A DNA stretch of 64,000 bases from Convolutriloba macropyga. Lineage: Eukaryota. Location: the NCBI RefSeq assembly GCF_964194025.1, contig NC_134481.1, positions 23,622,001 to 23,686,000 on the forward strand. The letters are read 5' to 3'. The translations under genes were made by a program, and so were the position numbers. Of this stretch, positions 1 to 14,469 are shown in pieces (positions within the stretch are counted from its first letter, which is position 1; each line of letters starts with the position of its first letter). The notes under the pieces are model-generated. The model ran no database searches. It was not told where the DNA came from and saw only the letters and a program-made list of their open reading frames with translations.

Positions 1-1600
1 ATCCAAATATTGACAGTTCCCATTAGCTTAAAAACGATGTTCTGTGGATGACCAATAAAAATTTTAAACAAAAATTTATGGTTTAAATGGCTTCGACACG
101 TTCTTCTTGCACTTTTCTACTGATTTTTTGGTTTTCTCCTGTTTTTTTTTGTTGTTTTAATAGTCATTATACTTACTGTGATCTCATAATGAATACCTAT
201 GCATGACAAACATAAATGTACTGCCACCGGGGCATCTTTGAGCGTTTTTATTGACTTCCGTTGAAAGCTATTGAATTTAATGTCTGTTAAAATAAAAATC
301 ATTTTTCGAAAATTTTATTTGAACAATAACAATTCCTAAATTTTTCTTGAACTGTTAGTGAGTTTCAGTATTGACTGGACCCACTTGCTTTTTACTGCGA
401 CTAAAAATATTCTGTTTAGCTGTTTTATCTTCTAGCTATTGGTTATATGACTTCAATGACAAAGATTTCAATTTTTTTTAATTTTTTTTTTGGATTTTTT
501 GAATTATTGGTCACTTTTGAACTCTTTATCACATTATCCAAAGATTATTGTAATCAAATTGGCTTAGAGAGGACGTTCAGTGGATCACAGAGAAAGTTTT
601 CAGAGAAGAGCTAATGGTTTAATTGTCTTCGACACTTTCTTCTCGCATTTTTCTACTGAATTTTAGTTTTTGCTGTTTTTGTTATTGTTTTCTGTCATAA
701 GACTTATTGTGATGTCTTTTTAACTATCTATGCATGACAGACATCATTTTCCTCCCTATGGGTTATATCTGAGCATCGTCATTGAGCTCCGATGAAAGAT
801 TGAGTTTACTGGCTGTTAAGGGTTTAAAAATAATTTTTCGAAACTTTTTTGAAATTCAACCATTCCTAATTTTTTTTCGTGAATACTCTTGGTCATTGTT
901 GGTTCTAACAGAATCCATTTCCGTTCTACTATAGCCAAAATAAATCTGGTTAGCGGTTTTATCTTCTACCTATTAGTTTTAAAACATCAATGCCACGAGA
1001 ATTCATATTTTTTTTGGGTACTTTATTTTGTTTTTCGATACTTTTGAAATCTTATCACATCATCTTACTGCTGAGAGTCCCTATTGGTTTAGGGAAGAAG
1101 TTCAACGGATCATAAATAAAGTTTTCAGGGAAGAGCTTATGATTTGAGTTGCTTCGACATTTTCTTCAGGCACTTTTCTACTGAATTTGTGGTTTTTGCC
1201 TCTCTCTGTTGTTGTTTTCATAGTCATTAACTTGTTGTAAGGTCTTATTGATGAAATACGATTGGCAAAAAAACTTATTGTCCCCTCGAGGCATCATTTA
1301 TTGTATATACTGGCTTCCGTTGAAGGCTAATGAATTTAATGGCGTTGATAATACGTGTTTTCCCGCAATTTTCGTGCGTCTAATGTATTTGTTTATATTT
1401 GTTGATTTTTTGAAATTATATTGATAAAAAAGGTTTTCCCATTGCTCCTGAAAAATTAATTTAAAATTGAAGAGTGTTTAGTGAAAAGTTCATTTTTTTA
1501 ATGCCTTCGACCCTTTTGTCGCTCAATTTTTTTTCCTGAATTCGCTGTTTTTGTTCTTTAGGTAGCCGTAAATTGCTCACAGATCTCATAGGCTTGTAAT
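1..1600. repeat. Degenerate tandem repeat, ~530-bp unit, about 3 copies
   Basis: Motif cttcgacac..tcttc..gcacttttctactga recurs at ~91, ~628, ~1152 and weakly at ~1505, and the flanks align loosely. Confidence 0.7.
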
Positions 1601-4600
1601 TGAGGACTGAATGAATGATGTTGCTCGAAACATTCAGTATATAGCGAATAGGTTCCTTTCGTCAAATTTAACTTCTATTCATCAATCAGATGTCCCATCG
1701 AATTTCGTGTATTTCAAGAAATAACATATATATTGATATTATGTGCCACTGTTGTTTCGTTTTTCTGAACGTTTATTGAATGGCCATTTTTTGCGTTTCT
1801 TTTTCTCTTCCTTCAGAACAATCGCGTAATAACAGATCCCAATGGTTTTTAAATGTGGCCCAAGTAAACTTATTTAATCTTTCAGTATAAATCCTTCAAC
1901 TGAAATAGCAGAAATAACAACTGAATTAAAAATACATATTCAGATGATAGGTATTGATTTTAATGGTAGCAAAGGTTTGTGTTTTCGCAAATCGTTTGTA
2001 ATTTTTTGGGTTTCTCTTTAGTTTGTTTCTATGGCATAGTCTGACCACAGACGGGTGCTTTTGGTTTTGTAATGACTTTTTAGTAATTTATCAAGGATTT
2101 TTTTATTAAAAACCAATGTTTTTTAAGATTTTTGAATTTTCTTGGTGCAAAAAATGTTGATTAATTTTTAAGTTTCGCCTCACTGTTCGTTCTTTTTGTC
2201 GGCTTGTTACCTAGTCTCGTTAAGAAAACTTTTCATCTGCTGTATAGTTAGTAAAAGGTAAACTTGTGTAGTTAAGGTTTTATCTGACTGCATTTTGACG
2301 TTGTTACCAGGTGCTTTTAAATTTAGATATTCATTTTTTGCCGCCAAAATTTTGTTGGTGCTATTTTTTTTCTAGTCTCTTCAATGTCAGGTCACGTTGG
2401 TGCTGTAATGAAGCATGGCATTAGTAATTCAATTAGTAGATAGAATGTGTAACGATTGTTTTAAACTCAAACATCTATTTTTGTTATCTCTTGATTTGGT
2501 TGACATTTTAGTCAAAAATGTAGATGAGCTCGGGTCGGAACATCATGTGCGAACGCACATTAACGAGCCGCCTTGTTTATACTACTAACGCTTGTCTCGA
2601 AGATCCCGAGAGAAAAAATTTTCTGGATTAATATAATAGAATGCTAATTTTTTATCATCAATAGAGTCGTTAGGTCATAAAATCACCAATTTCAGCATTA
2701 AACATCTATTCTCAAAGACCGAGGCATTTTCGAAACTTGAGTGCCCCCAAAAAATTTAAACAGCTTAGAACATTCTTTGTAGCAGTGCAATACGTTACAA
2801 TTTTCATGCCTTATCCATCAAACCATCCATGTCATCCAGTCTGTGGTTTATTAGGAACTTCCCAAAAAAATTTTGGACAGCAAAACATCAAAAAACTTTT
2901 CGATATGATAAATTCCGACAAATTTCGAATAACCGAAAAAAGGGTCGTTTAAGGATTCTTGTAATCATACAAAAAAGATTTACAATTTCCTGGTGCTCAG
3001 ACAGTGATTGTCAATGACTTTCTAATGGTCTTCATGATGTGCATCACATCATATATGGTCCATGTAAAACTAAACCAAATGGCAATTCCGATAACTCGGA
3101 TTGTAAATTAAATTTGTTTTCTGAAATGAGAAACACTCTCCCTCCTAGTTCGTTTATAAAAAAAAGAGACAGAATGAAAAGTTGTTACCTGGGTTACCTG
3201 GGCTCACACAAATGTTCAACTACTTAAATTGATCTTAATTTCAATTCAACTTGTATGTATATTTCAACGATTCTTTTAAATTTTGTAGCTATACAAAAGT
3301 TTATCGGAATAACTATTTGAAAATTGTTAAAATAATAAAAAAAATATTTAGAAGAAAAATCGGATGTAAAAATCTAGAAAAAGGGGTACAAAAGAGCAGC
3401 TGCAAGTTACTTCACGTGATAAATGTCTAGAAAACGGAAGTAATTTTCTTATCTAATTCTAAGGAAACCAATATGTTTTTACTATTGAAAAACGAATCGA
3501 TGACTTGTTCAATAACTTTCAGCAACCTATAGAACTCATCGAAACATATGTTTTCCATTTAGGAAGAATCCAGAATGTGCATTTTTAACAAATTCAGAAT
3601 CGTGCAAATTTCAAATTGTTCAATTTCAAAGACAAATTTTAAATTCCGCTTTCTGATATGCGAAGTGGTCTTATGACTTACGAAGATGAAAAATGGTCCT
3701 TGCTGCTGTCAAAATGCCCCATTGTTGATTGAAAAAACGGTTTTAGCATTTTTTCCGTATCGCAAATAAAAACTTAATCTTCATATTTTGCGCTACTTAA
3801 CATTTGCATTGTAGAAACTAATTATCTTAAATCTCACAGACTCCTTTTGAGTAAAAATCTTGGATAATCATCAATCCATATGACCAACGGTGCATTTTGA
3901 AGTTATCTTAAAGTAAATAGCACTACGATAAGCTAAATCAGTTGCATATAAAATCCTCCAAAGGCATTTGATAAGCGTTTGCTGTGACGGGGAGACACAA
4001 AAATACTCGCAATAGCGTTCCTTTGCTTTAAAAAAACTCAAAACAGGAAACACGAACTTAAAAGTCAAAAACTCCTAAGAAGCCATGATACAAGTAAAAT
4101 CGAAGCTTCAACTTAATCCGCTTAAATTGGCGTAATCCTCAATTATTTAAACAAAAAAACTTTTTCCCCTTTATTCAACATTTAAATGTTTGCTTATGTT
4201 TCTCAATGAACTCTAATTTTTATGCACAACGTTAAGATGTACGTTGAAAAGTTGCAAATGCGGTTAAATATATATAATCGGTAATAGCAGCCCTTTATCA
4301 GCAAACTACATGATTGGTTCGATCATTGAGTTACCCCAAAGTTTGGGATGAAAATATTTGGGTTACACTTTTCGTTAAAGAAACGTTAACAAGCATGCAA
4401 TTGAAAATTTTGACAGTGTTCTATATTGAATTTAATAATTAATAAGAATAGCTCTCAAACTTCATATATACTATACATGTGAAGCAATCGACATGATTAA
4501 GATCAAATGCAGTAATTGATAACAGTCTTGAGACATCCGTAAATTTGTTTTAAACGTGAATGGAGTATCGAAAGATGCCCCAATTGCTCCATAGATTTCT

Positions 4601-6044
4601 TACCGGATAGCAAGGACAGAAAACAGGGGAAAAACAAATTCTACTAATTTTATTTTCAAGGGCGGATAATTCAAAGTCTCTTCGTGTCTTTGAAATCAAG
4701 TGCGACTTGAAATGACAAAGTATTGAGAGCTCTATCGACAAATGCTGTTCATTAAATCTTAAGTGATTATGTGCCACGCCTACAAATTTTTCCGAATAAT
4801 ACTTCCAGGAGATTGGTTCTTGTTTGCGATTCGTCTTATTAAAGATAAGTTACAATCACAAGCCCCAAAATCGTTAGTTCTGCTATTTGGTTCCACATGT
4901 AAGGTGATATGCCAAAAATTGTACCCAATTTCTCGTCTTTCTATTGACAGGTTTCAAGGAACTGAGTAACTGAGAAATTTGAATCCAACCAATCAATCAA
5001 TCCGAAGCTTGAAGAGGACAGTCAAAAATCAAGAATTTTATGACATCTGAAAAGTTCAAACCATTCGCTCCTTCTCTGATTTAGCTTTCGTAAAAAAATT
5101 CTATTAACGTTTTCGGAAGAAAACCGAATTGAATTACCAGTTATACAAAGTTCCCGGTAATCATACAAGGCCATATATGATTTGCTTGATTTCCTGACAA
5201 TCATAAAATGGTCTTGCAAAACTTTAAAGCCGGCTTAACAGCCACAATTGTGACGCTCATTTCGCTTGAACGAAGGTAGGTATTGATTTCAGTTTTAATT
5301 ATCCCCAATATGATAATGAAATTTTCTGGTAATCGTGCAAGGTATTATATATAAGTGTGATTTTTGTTGCTTGATAGCTCATTGGATGTCTTCTAGTGTT
5401 TTTTTTCTTATAAATTATTCATCATGTTAAGATATCATGGTTGTCGTGAAAGGGTAATTCCTGGTTTCTTGTTATCAAAGAAAAAAATATGATGTCCTGG
5501 TAGTCATGCATAGATAATCAATGATTTCCTGATATTCATCATGATGTGTATGACATAATCTATTATCTTTGTATAACTAAGTGGCAACCAGGAAAACTCT
5601 GACTGTAAGCTAAATCTGTCTTTAAAAATAGCAATATTCATAGTCAATTAGCGTTGTGATGTGAGAAACTCCCTTTCTCCTGTTAAACTTTGAATAAAAC
5701 AAGACAGCAAAAAATCGGTTATCTGCATTCGCACAAAACGTTCCACGCCTAAATTATACAAACAATTCATGTGATTTGAAAATAAAAAGCTGGCCTCGAC
5801 CTTATCAAGAGTTAACAATTTCGAATCCTAAATTTTGACGGGTTTCATTTTGTCTCTAAATTGTTGAAAAATTCAAGGAAACTTTAAGAGTCAAACCAGA
5901 CTGTTTTTAATCCCCAGTACAACAATTGTCGATCGAAAAACACTGTGGCATAAAAATTTCTCATAATTTACGAGAATTTAGTTAAAAGCAATAAATTTTT
6001 ACATTGTGCAATTGATACCTTCTAAAGTGGCAAATGGTACTTAC

Positions 6045-6193
6045 TGTTGCCAATGTTATTGCAACTTTCAAGATGATTCAAAAACCGCCAAAATTGCAAC
6101 AAAAACTTGACTCTTTTGTCCAACAACGTGAAACTTAGACGTGCTCTTTTAACAAATTAACAAATGATTAGACTAGAGATATGTTTTAAAACA
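6045..6193 (+). repeat. 5' LTR of BEL/Pao element
   Basis: TGTTGCC...TTAAAACA; direct repeat of 14470-14618. Confidence 0.95.
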
Positions 6194-6199
6194 TAATTT

Positions 6200-6207
6200 T
6201 GGCGACC
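6200..6207 (+). promoter_or_regulatory. Primer-binding site (tRNA-Arg-like)
   Basis: TGGCGACC 6 nt after the LTR end; complementary to a tRNA 3' end GGUCGCCA as found in tRNA-Arg isoacceptors. Confidence 0.65.
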
Positions 6208-6844
6208 ATCCGCCTTGATAATAAGGACATAAAACCTTCTGAATTAAATTTAATTTTTTTTAAACAAAGAGGGGGCATGAGCACACCCCAAGACTAATAT
6301 CCAAGACTACGACAGAGGAAGAGTTTCTTATTGCAGACGAGCCAACCAAAGACGAAGAGTTTTTTTTTCAAGGGTTTTCAGACGTCACCCAACCAAGAGG
6401 GCCTGACATTTTTTTTGGTTACAAACGTCACCAAGAGATGATCGCCCGAGGTTCCAGACGTCACCTTAGAAGTTCTTTCCCCGGTTAGACGTATCCAAAA
6501 AAAACGTGATTTTTTTGCGACAAAAAATCTCAAACACACAAAAATTGTCCGCCAACGAGCTTTTGGTAGATGTTTTATGAAAGAAATAGCCGTGAGCAAC
6601 TACAAGTCAGCAATTAACGAAAAGAAAACACAAATTGCCCGAAAAAACGATATAGCGTTTTTTGCATCGGAAAAACTCAAAAACAATTTTCTCAATTTGT
6701 CGAAAAAAATCTACATGAAAGTAAAATTTTTATTTGAATAGAACACTTCAGTTGGACTTAAAATCAACTTTATTTTGGTTGAACACCTTATGTAGAAATT
6801 TTGCTCAAAAAATGAGAAAGTCGCAAAAGTGCTTTTTTGAGCGT

Positions 6845-7560
6845 CAAAAATCAAAAAAAAATTTCTAACGTTTTAATGAAAACTTTTCATTAAATCCAAA
6901 AACCCATTGATTAGCCCTCCTGGGTTTGTTAGAAAATAAGCTTCAAAATCAGTTTATCGATTTCGCAATTTTGTAAAGAAGCAACTCAATTTTGACAAAA
7001 ATTTCTTCTTTGAATCAAAAAATTCAAAAAACGTTTTCCTAACGTTTTGAATAAAACATTTAAAAGTTCTACTGAAACCCATTAATTAGCCCCCCTGGTT
7101 TTGTTGGAAAACAAGTTTCAAAATCAGTTGATTGAATATACAAACTTATAAAGAGGCAACTTGAAATTTGCAAATTTGCTTCTTTTACTTAAAAAACTCA
7201 AAAAAAAAAACATTTTTTCTAATGTTTATTGGAAATTTTCAGTAGATAAAAAGAAAGCGTTCGAAATAGCTCCTTCTGTTTGTTTGAAAACAATCTGAAA
7301 ATATATTTCATCCCCTTGCAAGCTGCAAAGAAGCAACAGAAAAGTGGCAAAATTGTTTCTCTGTTATATAAAAATCAAAAAACGTTTTTCTAACGTTTTT
7401 TTTTCTTATTAAAGAAAAAATCAATAAATTTTCAAAAAAGATCTCTTTTATATACCTCCGCAGTTCATTACAAAACAAGCTGAAAAACTATATAACCATT
7501 CTGCAAAACCGAAAAGAACAGATAGAAAATTACTGAAAAGCTTCTGACAAAAAAACCTAC
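6845..7560 (+). repeat. ~180-bp tandem repeat (about 4 units) in the BEL 5' leader
   Basis: tttctaacgtttt...attagccc.cctgg.tttgtt.gaaaa.aag recurs at ~6862, 7037, 7217 and 7388. Confidence 0.8.
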
Positions 7561-8700
7561 AAAGAGGTTTGTGTTTTCTTTGATCTTAATTGCATACTAC
7601 TAGCCGCGAGTCTAGTTAATGGGGTAGTATGCTTTCCTGAGAGAACCCGACATTTACACTTATTTTGTTTTCATTTTGCATACTACTAGCCGCGCATCTA
7701 GTTAATTGAGTAGTATACACTGAGAACACCTTCTCAAGAGAAATAAAAAGAGAAGATAAGACCTATTTTCCTTTTTTCTCAAAAAGAAGTAAATCAAAAG
7801 CTCTCGAAAAATTCCCCACTCAAATTCAATTCACGCATATAGTGCCTTTAAATTGGAAAACTCAAGCGTCTCTTCTTTTTTGTCCGCGGTCTCAGAAGTT
7901 GCCGAAAGAAGTCCCTTTTCCCCCTTTGGTCTCAGTAGTCACCAACTGAAGAGTAGTGTGTTTCCGTTGGGTCGCAGTAGTCACCAAAGTAAAGATGAGC
8001 AATTTATAGGTGGCAGATGTTATCCAGAAACAATTACAAGCAGTTTAATGGTAGCAGTTGTCCTTAACTTCATAAGAATCGCAAAACAGAATTTCTTGGA
8101 AAAGAGCTTCAAAGTAGACCCAGCTTTTGAGCAACCAGTTTTCTCTGCTTGTCTGTAACTCACGTTGCCTAGTCGCACCGCATTTTAAATTCTAAAAAAA
8201 AATTAACTTATTTTGAAGAAGTATCAATATAGATTTAGTTTGTTTGGTTTTTTACGTTTTATTTGATCCTAAAACTCCACACAAAAAAAAGAGAACACTT
8301 CAGTAAAATTTTTTCTGGTACCTTGATTGTGATGAAAGGAGAACTAATACTTAAGGGAGAATCGTTGCGAAGTCATATATGTAAAAAAAATGAAAGCAAT
8401 TATTTGGTCCTGTTCAACAAGTCAACGGTACACACGCTCGAACCCTTAGTTTTTCCTTTTTTTAAGCAAATTTTTAGCTAGATTTAGCACCAAAAAAACA
8501 CCTTTAGGATTCCTGTTTTTGTGAAAAGTTGCGTCGCTACTTTTGAACGAAAAGAGCTAGGCTGATTAGCCTACAGAAACTTTACAGAAAGCTGGTTTTT
8601 AATTTACCAAAAAAGTCGCTCCGTAAATTTCGAGCCGTTCTTTACCTTTACTTTAAATACGACAGAACCATTACGAGTTGACTACAGTCGGTTCATCAAG

Positions 8701-11700
8701 ATGACAAAAGAAAACAACCAGAAGTTACAATACGCATTGAACAAGTTCAAAATGACTGGGCTCAACATGAAAAATCAGCTTGATCTCTTACAGACATCCG
8801 TTGAGCAGAGAAAAAGCTTCCGCAATCTTTCTTTGTTGATCAACAAAATCAAGGAGAGCGTTGAAGAGCTGAAGACAAACCTTGACAGCATTATGAAGGA
8901 AAAATTAAGCTCCAGTAGCATAAATTCAGTCATGAAACGTCAATCGAACTTGATCTCTCGTCTAGAAAAGTTGGAACTAGAAGTCAACAGTCTCGACGAT
9001 GATGGTCAATTGAGTCAATCATCAACTCGAGTGCGCGATGACATCAGCTGCATCTCACAGTCCTCAAGAAGACACCTCGAGTTGCATCGATTGACACCGG
9101 TTTCCCAAAACTCAGAGCAAAACAACATGACAGTAAAGAACCCTGCCAGCAATGTCTCCCCTCCAGTGCCGCCAAGACCGGCAAAACCATCGTTTTTCCT
9201 TCCGCAGGGAGAAAAAAACCCAACTTTCTCTCCAAATTCCTTCAGAGCAACAGCCAATTTGCGCAGGATACTAGAGAATTGACTGAAGAACCAGTAAAAA
9301 AAACTTTACGACGGCTGAACACATAAATCAATCAATGTCGTTGTTAGCAGCCCCAACACCAGCATCAACCCTATTATCCAGAGCAAACATTCAGGACAGA
9401 TTTGTCTTGAGTAATCCTCAATCCCCAGAACACAAAGTTGTTCTCAGAGAGCAAGAGAACACTTTCAACCAGTTTGCTTCATTTCAACAACCCTCATTCC
9501 AATGAATCAAATTGCAGTCTTATTTCCTGTTGAATCTATTGATAACCAGCCGGAATTTATTCACTCATCAATTGGAGAGTTGAACCAGTTCTCTAGTTCA
9601 AAGCTGATCACATTGTCCGAAATGCCAATGAATCAACCAGCAAATGCCGCAGTTAGACCAAAAGAAAAGTCTTCTGTTCCCTTAAATAACAAAAGAGAAG
9701 ATCAAAGCATACAACGTCTTGCATTAGATTTACAAAACTTACTTCAACATAACTGCTCAGTTAACAAAACCAATAAATACCAAACATCAAGTTCATGCAG
9801 TTTGAATGAGCAAATGCTTCAGCCTCAATTTCATTCAGAAAAAAGAACAAATAGAGTGACAAATGAGACCACGCCAAATCCATATTGTTAAGAAGACAGT
9901 CGACACAATCCCCTACATTTTGACAACAATCAAAGTGCAACTGCTCAAACTGTTTCAAACACTCAATTTTCAGTTGTTCCAATAAGTGAAAACCAGAACA
10001 GCGGAAAATTGGCGTCAGCAATGTCGTTACCAACAGTAGCGCAAACAAACATTTCCCAACAATTCCAGAACCCACTTTACCCAACTGGAGTTCATTTTAG
10101 CAATGGAAATCGAACGGAAGAACCAAACAATGGAATCGTTTTCCCCTCCAATACAACACTCAACAACCAAGGTACCAACCTTGTTTGCTGTACATCATCT
10201 CAGCCACCTAATTGTCCGCTTACTCCGGAAAATCCCTTAACAAACTACCAAACAGCCATTCTTCCCCCCTTTACTCAACATATTAGCCAACCAAACATTT
10301 CGGGAAATTCGAAACAAATTCCAAATTGGTTTTTTTCCTGAAAGCAACTGTTTCAGCCACGAACTGAAATACAAACAGAAACAATCCCGTTTGAAAATAA
10401 TTTTAATTTACAAACCACAAACAAAAATTCCATTAAACTTCCACCAATAACAATATCAAATTTCAATGGTAACCCACTGAAATACTATGAGTGGATAAAC
10501 AATTTTTTCAACCTAGTTCACAATAATACTAGCCTTACGGATACACACCGTATAACATACTTACAGAACTCGGTCGTAGGAAGAAAAAATTCAAGCCTAC
10601 TCGTGTGATCCAGCTTACTACGCGATTGCTTTGAAAGAGCTCATGGATCACTTTGGAGATCCCAGCATTGTTGTAAATGCTTTCATCAATCAACTGGAAG
10701 CCTGGCGTCCGAACAATGACTACAACAAACAGAGTTTCGTATTTTTTGCTTCTTTTCTCAAACGATTAGTGCAAGCTTTTGAATATTTAGGCTTCAAAGC
10801 CGACTTGCAAAGTTCAACATTGATGAAAAAGGCAAAAGAAAAAAATCCACATAATATTCTGGTAAAATGGACAGAGTGTACAATAACATCAATTGGAAAT
10901 CAACCAACCGTCTATGATTTTCAGAAGTGGCTTGAAATACAGGCCCAAGTATACGACAAAATCAACAGAGAAAATGTTCATAAGCCGTTTAATAATTGGA
11001 ACACTTTCGGTCAAAACATTGAAGAAGAACCATTGGACGAACTGGTTCAAAGATTCTGGAAAATAGAAGCTGAAAGTACATTACCCGAACAGAATGAAGA
11101 CAGCTCACTAGACCAATTAGCAGTGCAAACAATGGAAAACTCAATCTGTCACAATGGTGAAAGGTATCAGATTGGCCTTCCTTGGAAACCTGCAAAGAAA
11201 CTCCAAAATAACTATTTCTCAGCAGTCAGTCATCTAAAAAGTCTACAAAAACGACTACAAAACGATCCTGGTCTCAATCAGAAGTACAACCAGACACTCC
11301 AAACAGACTTGGATAAAAATTTTGTCAAGCCAGTCGAAATGCAAGCACCACCATCAGAGTCAATATGGTACTTACCTCATCATCCAATCACTAATCCAAA
11401 CAAACCCGGAAAAGTGAGAAGAGTTGCCAACGCAGCATCAAAATTCCGCGGTGATTCACTTAACTCAAATCTTCTAACTGGTCCTGATTTGCTAAATAAA
11501 TTAGTTGGAGTGCTGTTGAGATTCAGAGAACACCCGGTTGCTGTTTTGTCAGACATCGAAGGAATGTTTATGCAGATTGCCGTGAGACAAGAAGACCAGT
11601 CTGCTCTTCGTTTTCTTTGGATGATAGACAACTTAATTCCAATTCACTAGATTAATCTTTGGCGCAACATGTTCACCATTTTGCGCAATTTATGTGCTCA

Positions 11701-14279
11701 AAAAATGTGCAGAAGACAACAAAAGTGAATTTCCAGCCGCCTTGAACGCTATTAAACACCACTTTTATATGGATGACTACATCCAGTCCCTGCCGACAAT
11801 TTCAGAAGCCAAAGAAGTCATATCACAGACAACAAGATGCCTGAAAAATGGTGGCTTCAGGTTGACAAAATTTGTTTCGAACGAACCAGATGTACTCGCT
11901 GAAATCTCTTCCGACGACAAAGACGAAACAAAAGAGATCATAAGAGTCCTTGGTCAAAAATGGAACAAAACAACTGACGATTTTGTCCTGTTTCCCCTAC
12001 AACAATTTCCTAAAGATGCAACAGTGTACACACAAAGGAAAATATTCAGTTTGGTATCTTCAATCTTCGATCCCTTTGGTCTGTTGTCTCCCCTGACAAT
12101 TAGAATCAAAACGGTTTTGCAGCAGATTTGGAAACTTGGAAGAAAATGGGATGATTTGATACCACATGAACTACATCATGACCTCCAGAAAGTTCTAAAC
12201 AGCTACTTTGCCATGCCCGAAATCCGAATACCAAGAACTGTTCACAATTTCAGTAAAATCACAAGCAGCCAACTTCATATATTTTTGGATGCCTCAATGG
12301 CAGCTATGGCAGCCGTTGCTTACCTCCGTACAACCAATAGTCAAACCACTTCGCCACAAGCATGCTTTCTCACGGGAAAATGCAAAGTTGCTCCCATTAA
12401 ACAAATAAGTGTGCCAAAAATGGAACTAGAAGCCGCTGTTATAGGAGTGCGCCTTCTACAACTGATCCAAAGAGAAATGACACTGACATTTGACCAAATG
12501 TTTCTCTGGTCCGACAGTCAAGTAGTTTTGGACTGGATAGCCTCAAATAAGAAGCAAAACGTTTTTGTTTCAAACAGATTGCGAGAAATTCATAAAAGTT
12601 CTTTACCCCAGCAATGGCATCACATCTCAACTTATCTTAATCCCGCCGATCACGGAATTTGCGGTCTTGAGACAAACGAAATTCAGCAGAAATGGTTAGA
12701 TAAACTCCAATTTTTTTGCGAAAACGAGTCGACCTGGAACGAGATAAACAAACCACGCGCAACATGTGCGGCAGGCACGAGAAGTCCCAAGACAATTAAA
12801 CCTATTGCCGATCCGAGTAAATTTTCAACATGGAACAAAATTCGTCTGACAGTTGCAACAGTTTTCAACCTAATTCATCGTGCAAAGAAAATGCGAACGA
12901 ACAATCACCAATACACAACTGAAGACATCCAATTATCAAAAAATTATCCCCCGAAATTATCTCAGGACAGTTTTTTCCATTCGACCGTCAATTCCTTACA
13001 ACGTGGAATGAAACTAGATTCCAAGTGCAAAATACGATGCCTAAATCCGCTGTTGGATGAGAACGGATTACCCAAATCTTGTGGTCGTTTGCAGTATGCA
13101 CCAACACAACTTGATTTGGAAAAACGTCCAATAATTTTGCACGCCAAGGACAAAATTGTTCGTTTGTACATGGAACATGCCCATCAAATATGTGTTCACC
13201 AGTCCATAGAACCAACAAAGGCATTCATTCAACAACGTTATCATGTGATTGGCCTTCGGAAAGCGTTAGCAAGCGTACGGTTTCATTGTTTCTTATGTCG
13301 ACGCTTTGACACGAAAAACATTCAACCAATTATGGCACCATTACCTAGTTTTCGTTTTCCAACAGCAAAAACACAGTTCACCTTTGCTAATTCTGGTGTA
13401 GATTTCTTTGGACCCTTCTACATCAAAGATTCCAACGGCATTTTAGAAAAACATTATGGTCTAATATTTACATGCATGGTGACGCAAGCAGTTCACTTAG
13501 AAACGTGTCCAGACCTCAATACAGATACGTTTCTCAATGCCTTCAGAAGATTTTGCAGTCGTCGATGCCAGCCCCAACTTCTCTACAGCGATAACGGGAA
13601 AACTTTCGTTGGCGCTTCTGAAGAACTGAAGAAAACTGTTAAAGCTTTGGACAATGACAGAATCTACAAAGCTTTAGCAGTAGCCAATACAACGTGGAAA
13701 TTCAATCCCCCATACGGCGCTCATTTTGGCGGTGTCTGGGAGCGTTTGATCCAGAGCGCCAAAAGAACGTTACTCCTCATTCTAGGATCAAGAAGACTCT
13801 CTTTTCACACTTTCCTAACAATTATGTTGGAAACAGAATCAATCCTCAACTCCAGACCACTGAATAACGTTGCTGAGCAGCCTGACAGCAAGGAACCTTT
13901 GACTCAAAATCACTTTCTTATCCAGCGTCCCTTCAATAGCTTGCCAGCAGGACAGTTTGGCGACAAGCAACCTGCACGCTTGAAGACATGGAAAAACACG
14001 CAGAAGCTGATGAACCATATATGGCGACGCTTGGTGAAAGAGTATCTGCCAACGCTTAGCCGACGGTCGAAATGGTCAAACAGCAACGATCGACCTCTCA
14101 AAGTGGACGATATTGTTTGGGTGTTGAAAGACCAAACACCAAGAGGCATTTGGCCACTGGGAAGAGTCATGGAGACAACGTCAGGACGAGATGGAGAAAC
14201 ACGAGTCGTAAAGGTAAAAACGGCTTACGGCACGTTCGTTCGCCCCGTTTCCGGTCTCGCACGCGTTTCTTCTCCGTAG
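8701..14279 (+). pseudogene. BEL/Pao gag-pol, disrupted; zinc knuckles and protease apparently deleted
   Basis: Gag DUF1759-type LPPITISNFNGNPLKYYEW (~10438); RT YLPHHP...GPDLL...DIEGMFMQI and FYMDDY; RNaseH HIFLDAS...KMELEAA...WSDSQ; integrase HHCC, GVDFFGP, YSDNGKTF, GGVWERL; C-terminal WPLGRV...GRDG (DUF5641-type); stops or frameshifts near 9280, 9890, 10340, 10580 and 11640. Confidence 0.95.
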
Positions 14280-14469
14280 TTTTTTTAAGATTTTTCTCGC
14301 TCCGGTTTTAGGCAACGTGAGTTACCCTTTTCCCACAAATTGATGTACTGACCATATTGACAACATTTCAGCCTACAGTTTCAGAGCCAATTTCAAAGAA
14401 GATGAGAAAAGACTTCAATCAATTGATGCCTCCGAAAACCCTTGATGCCCCCTTTGTGCCCTTGCAGCA

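Noticed and set aside
2360-2445. Terminal exon of a plus-strand gene
   Set aside because: An acceptor-like site exists, but the peptide is short and unrecognisable
4550-5219. Degraded Polinton polB fragment (VAHNHLRFN)
   Set aside because: Only one weak motif; no other polB motifs recognised
7590-7720. Helitron 3' end (hairpin + CTAG)
   Set aside because: CTAG lies inside the hairpin, no 5' TC end is evident, and it sits within the BEL leader
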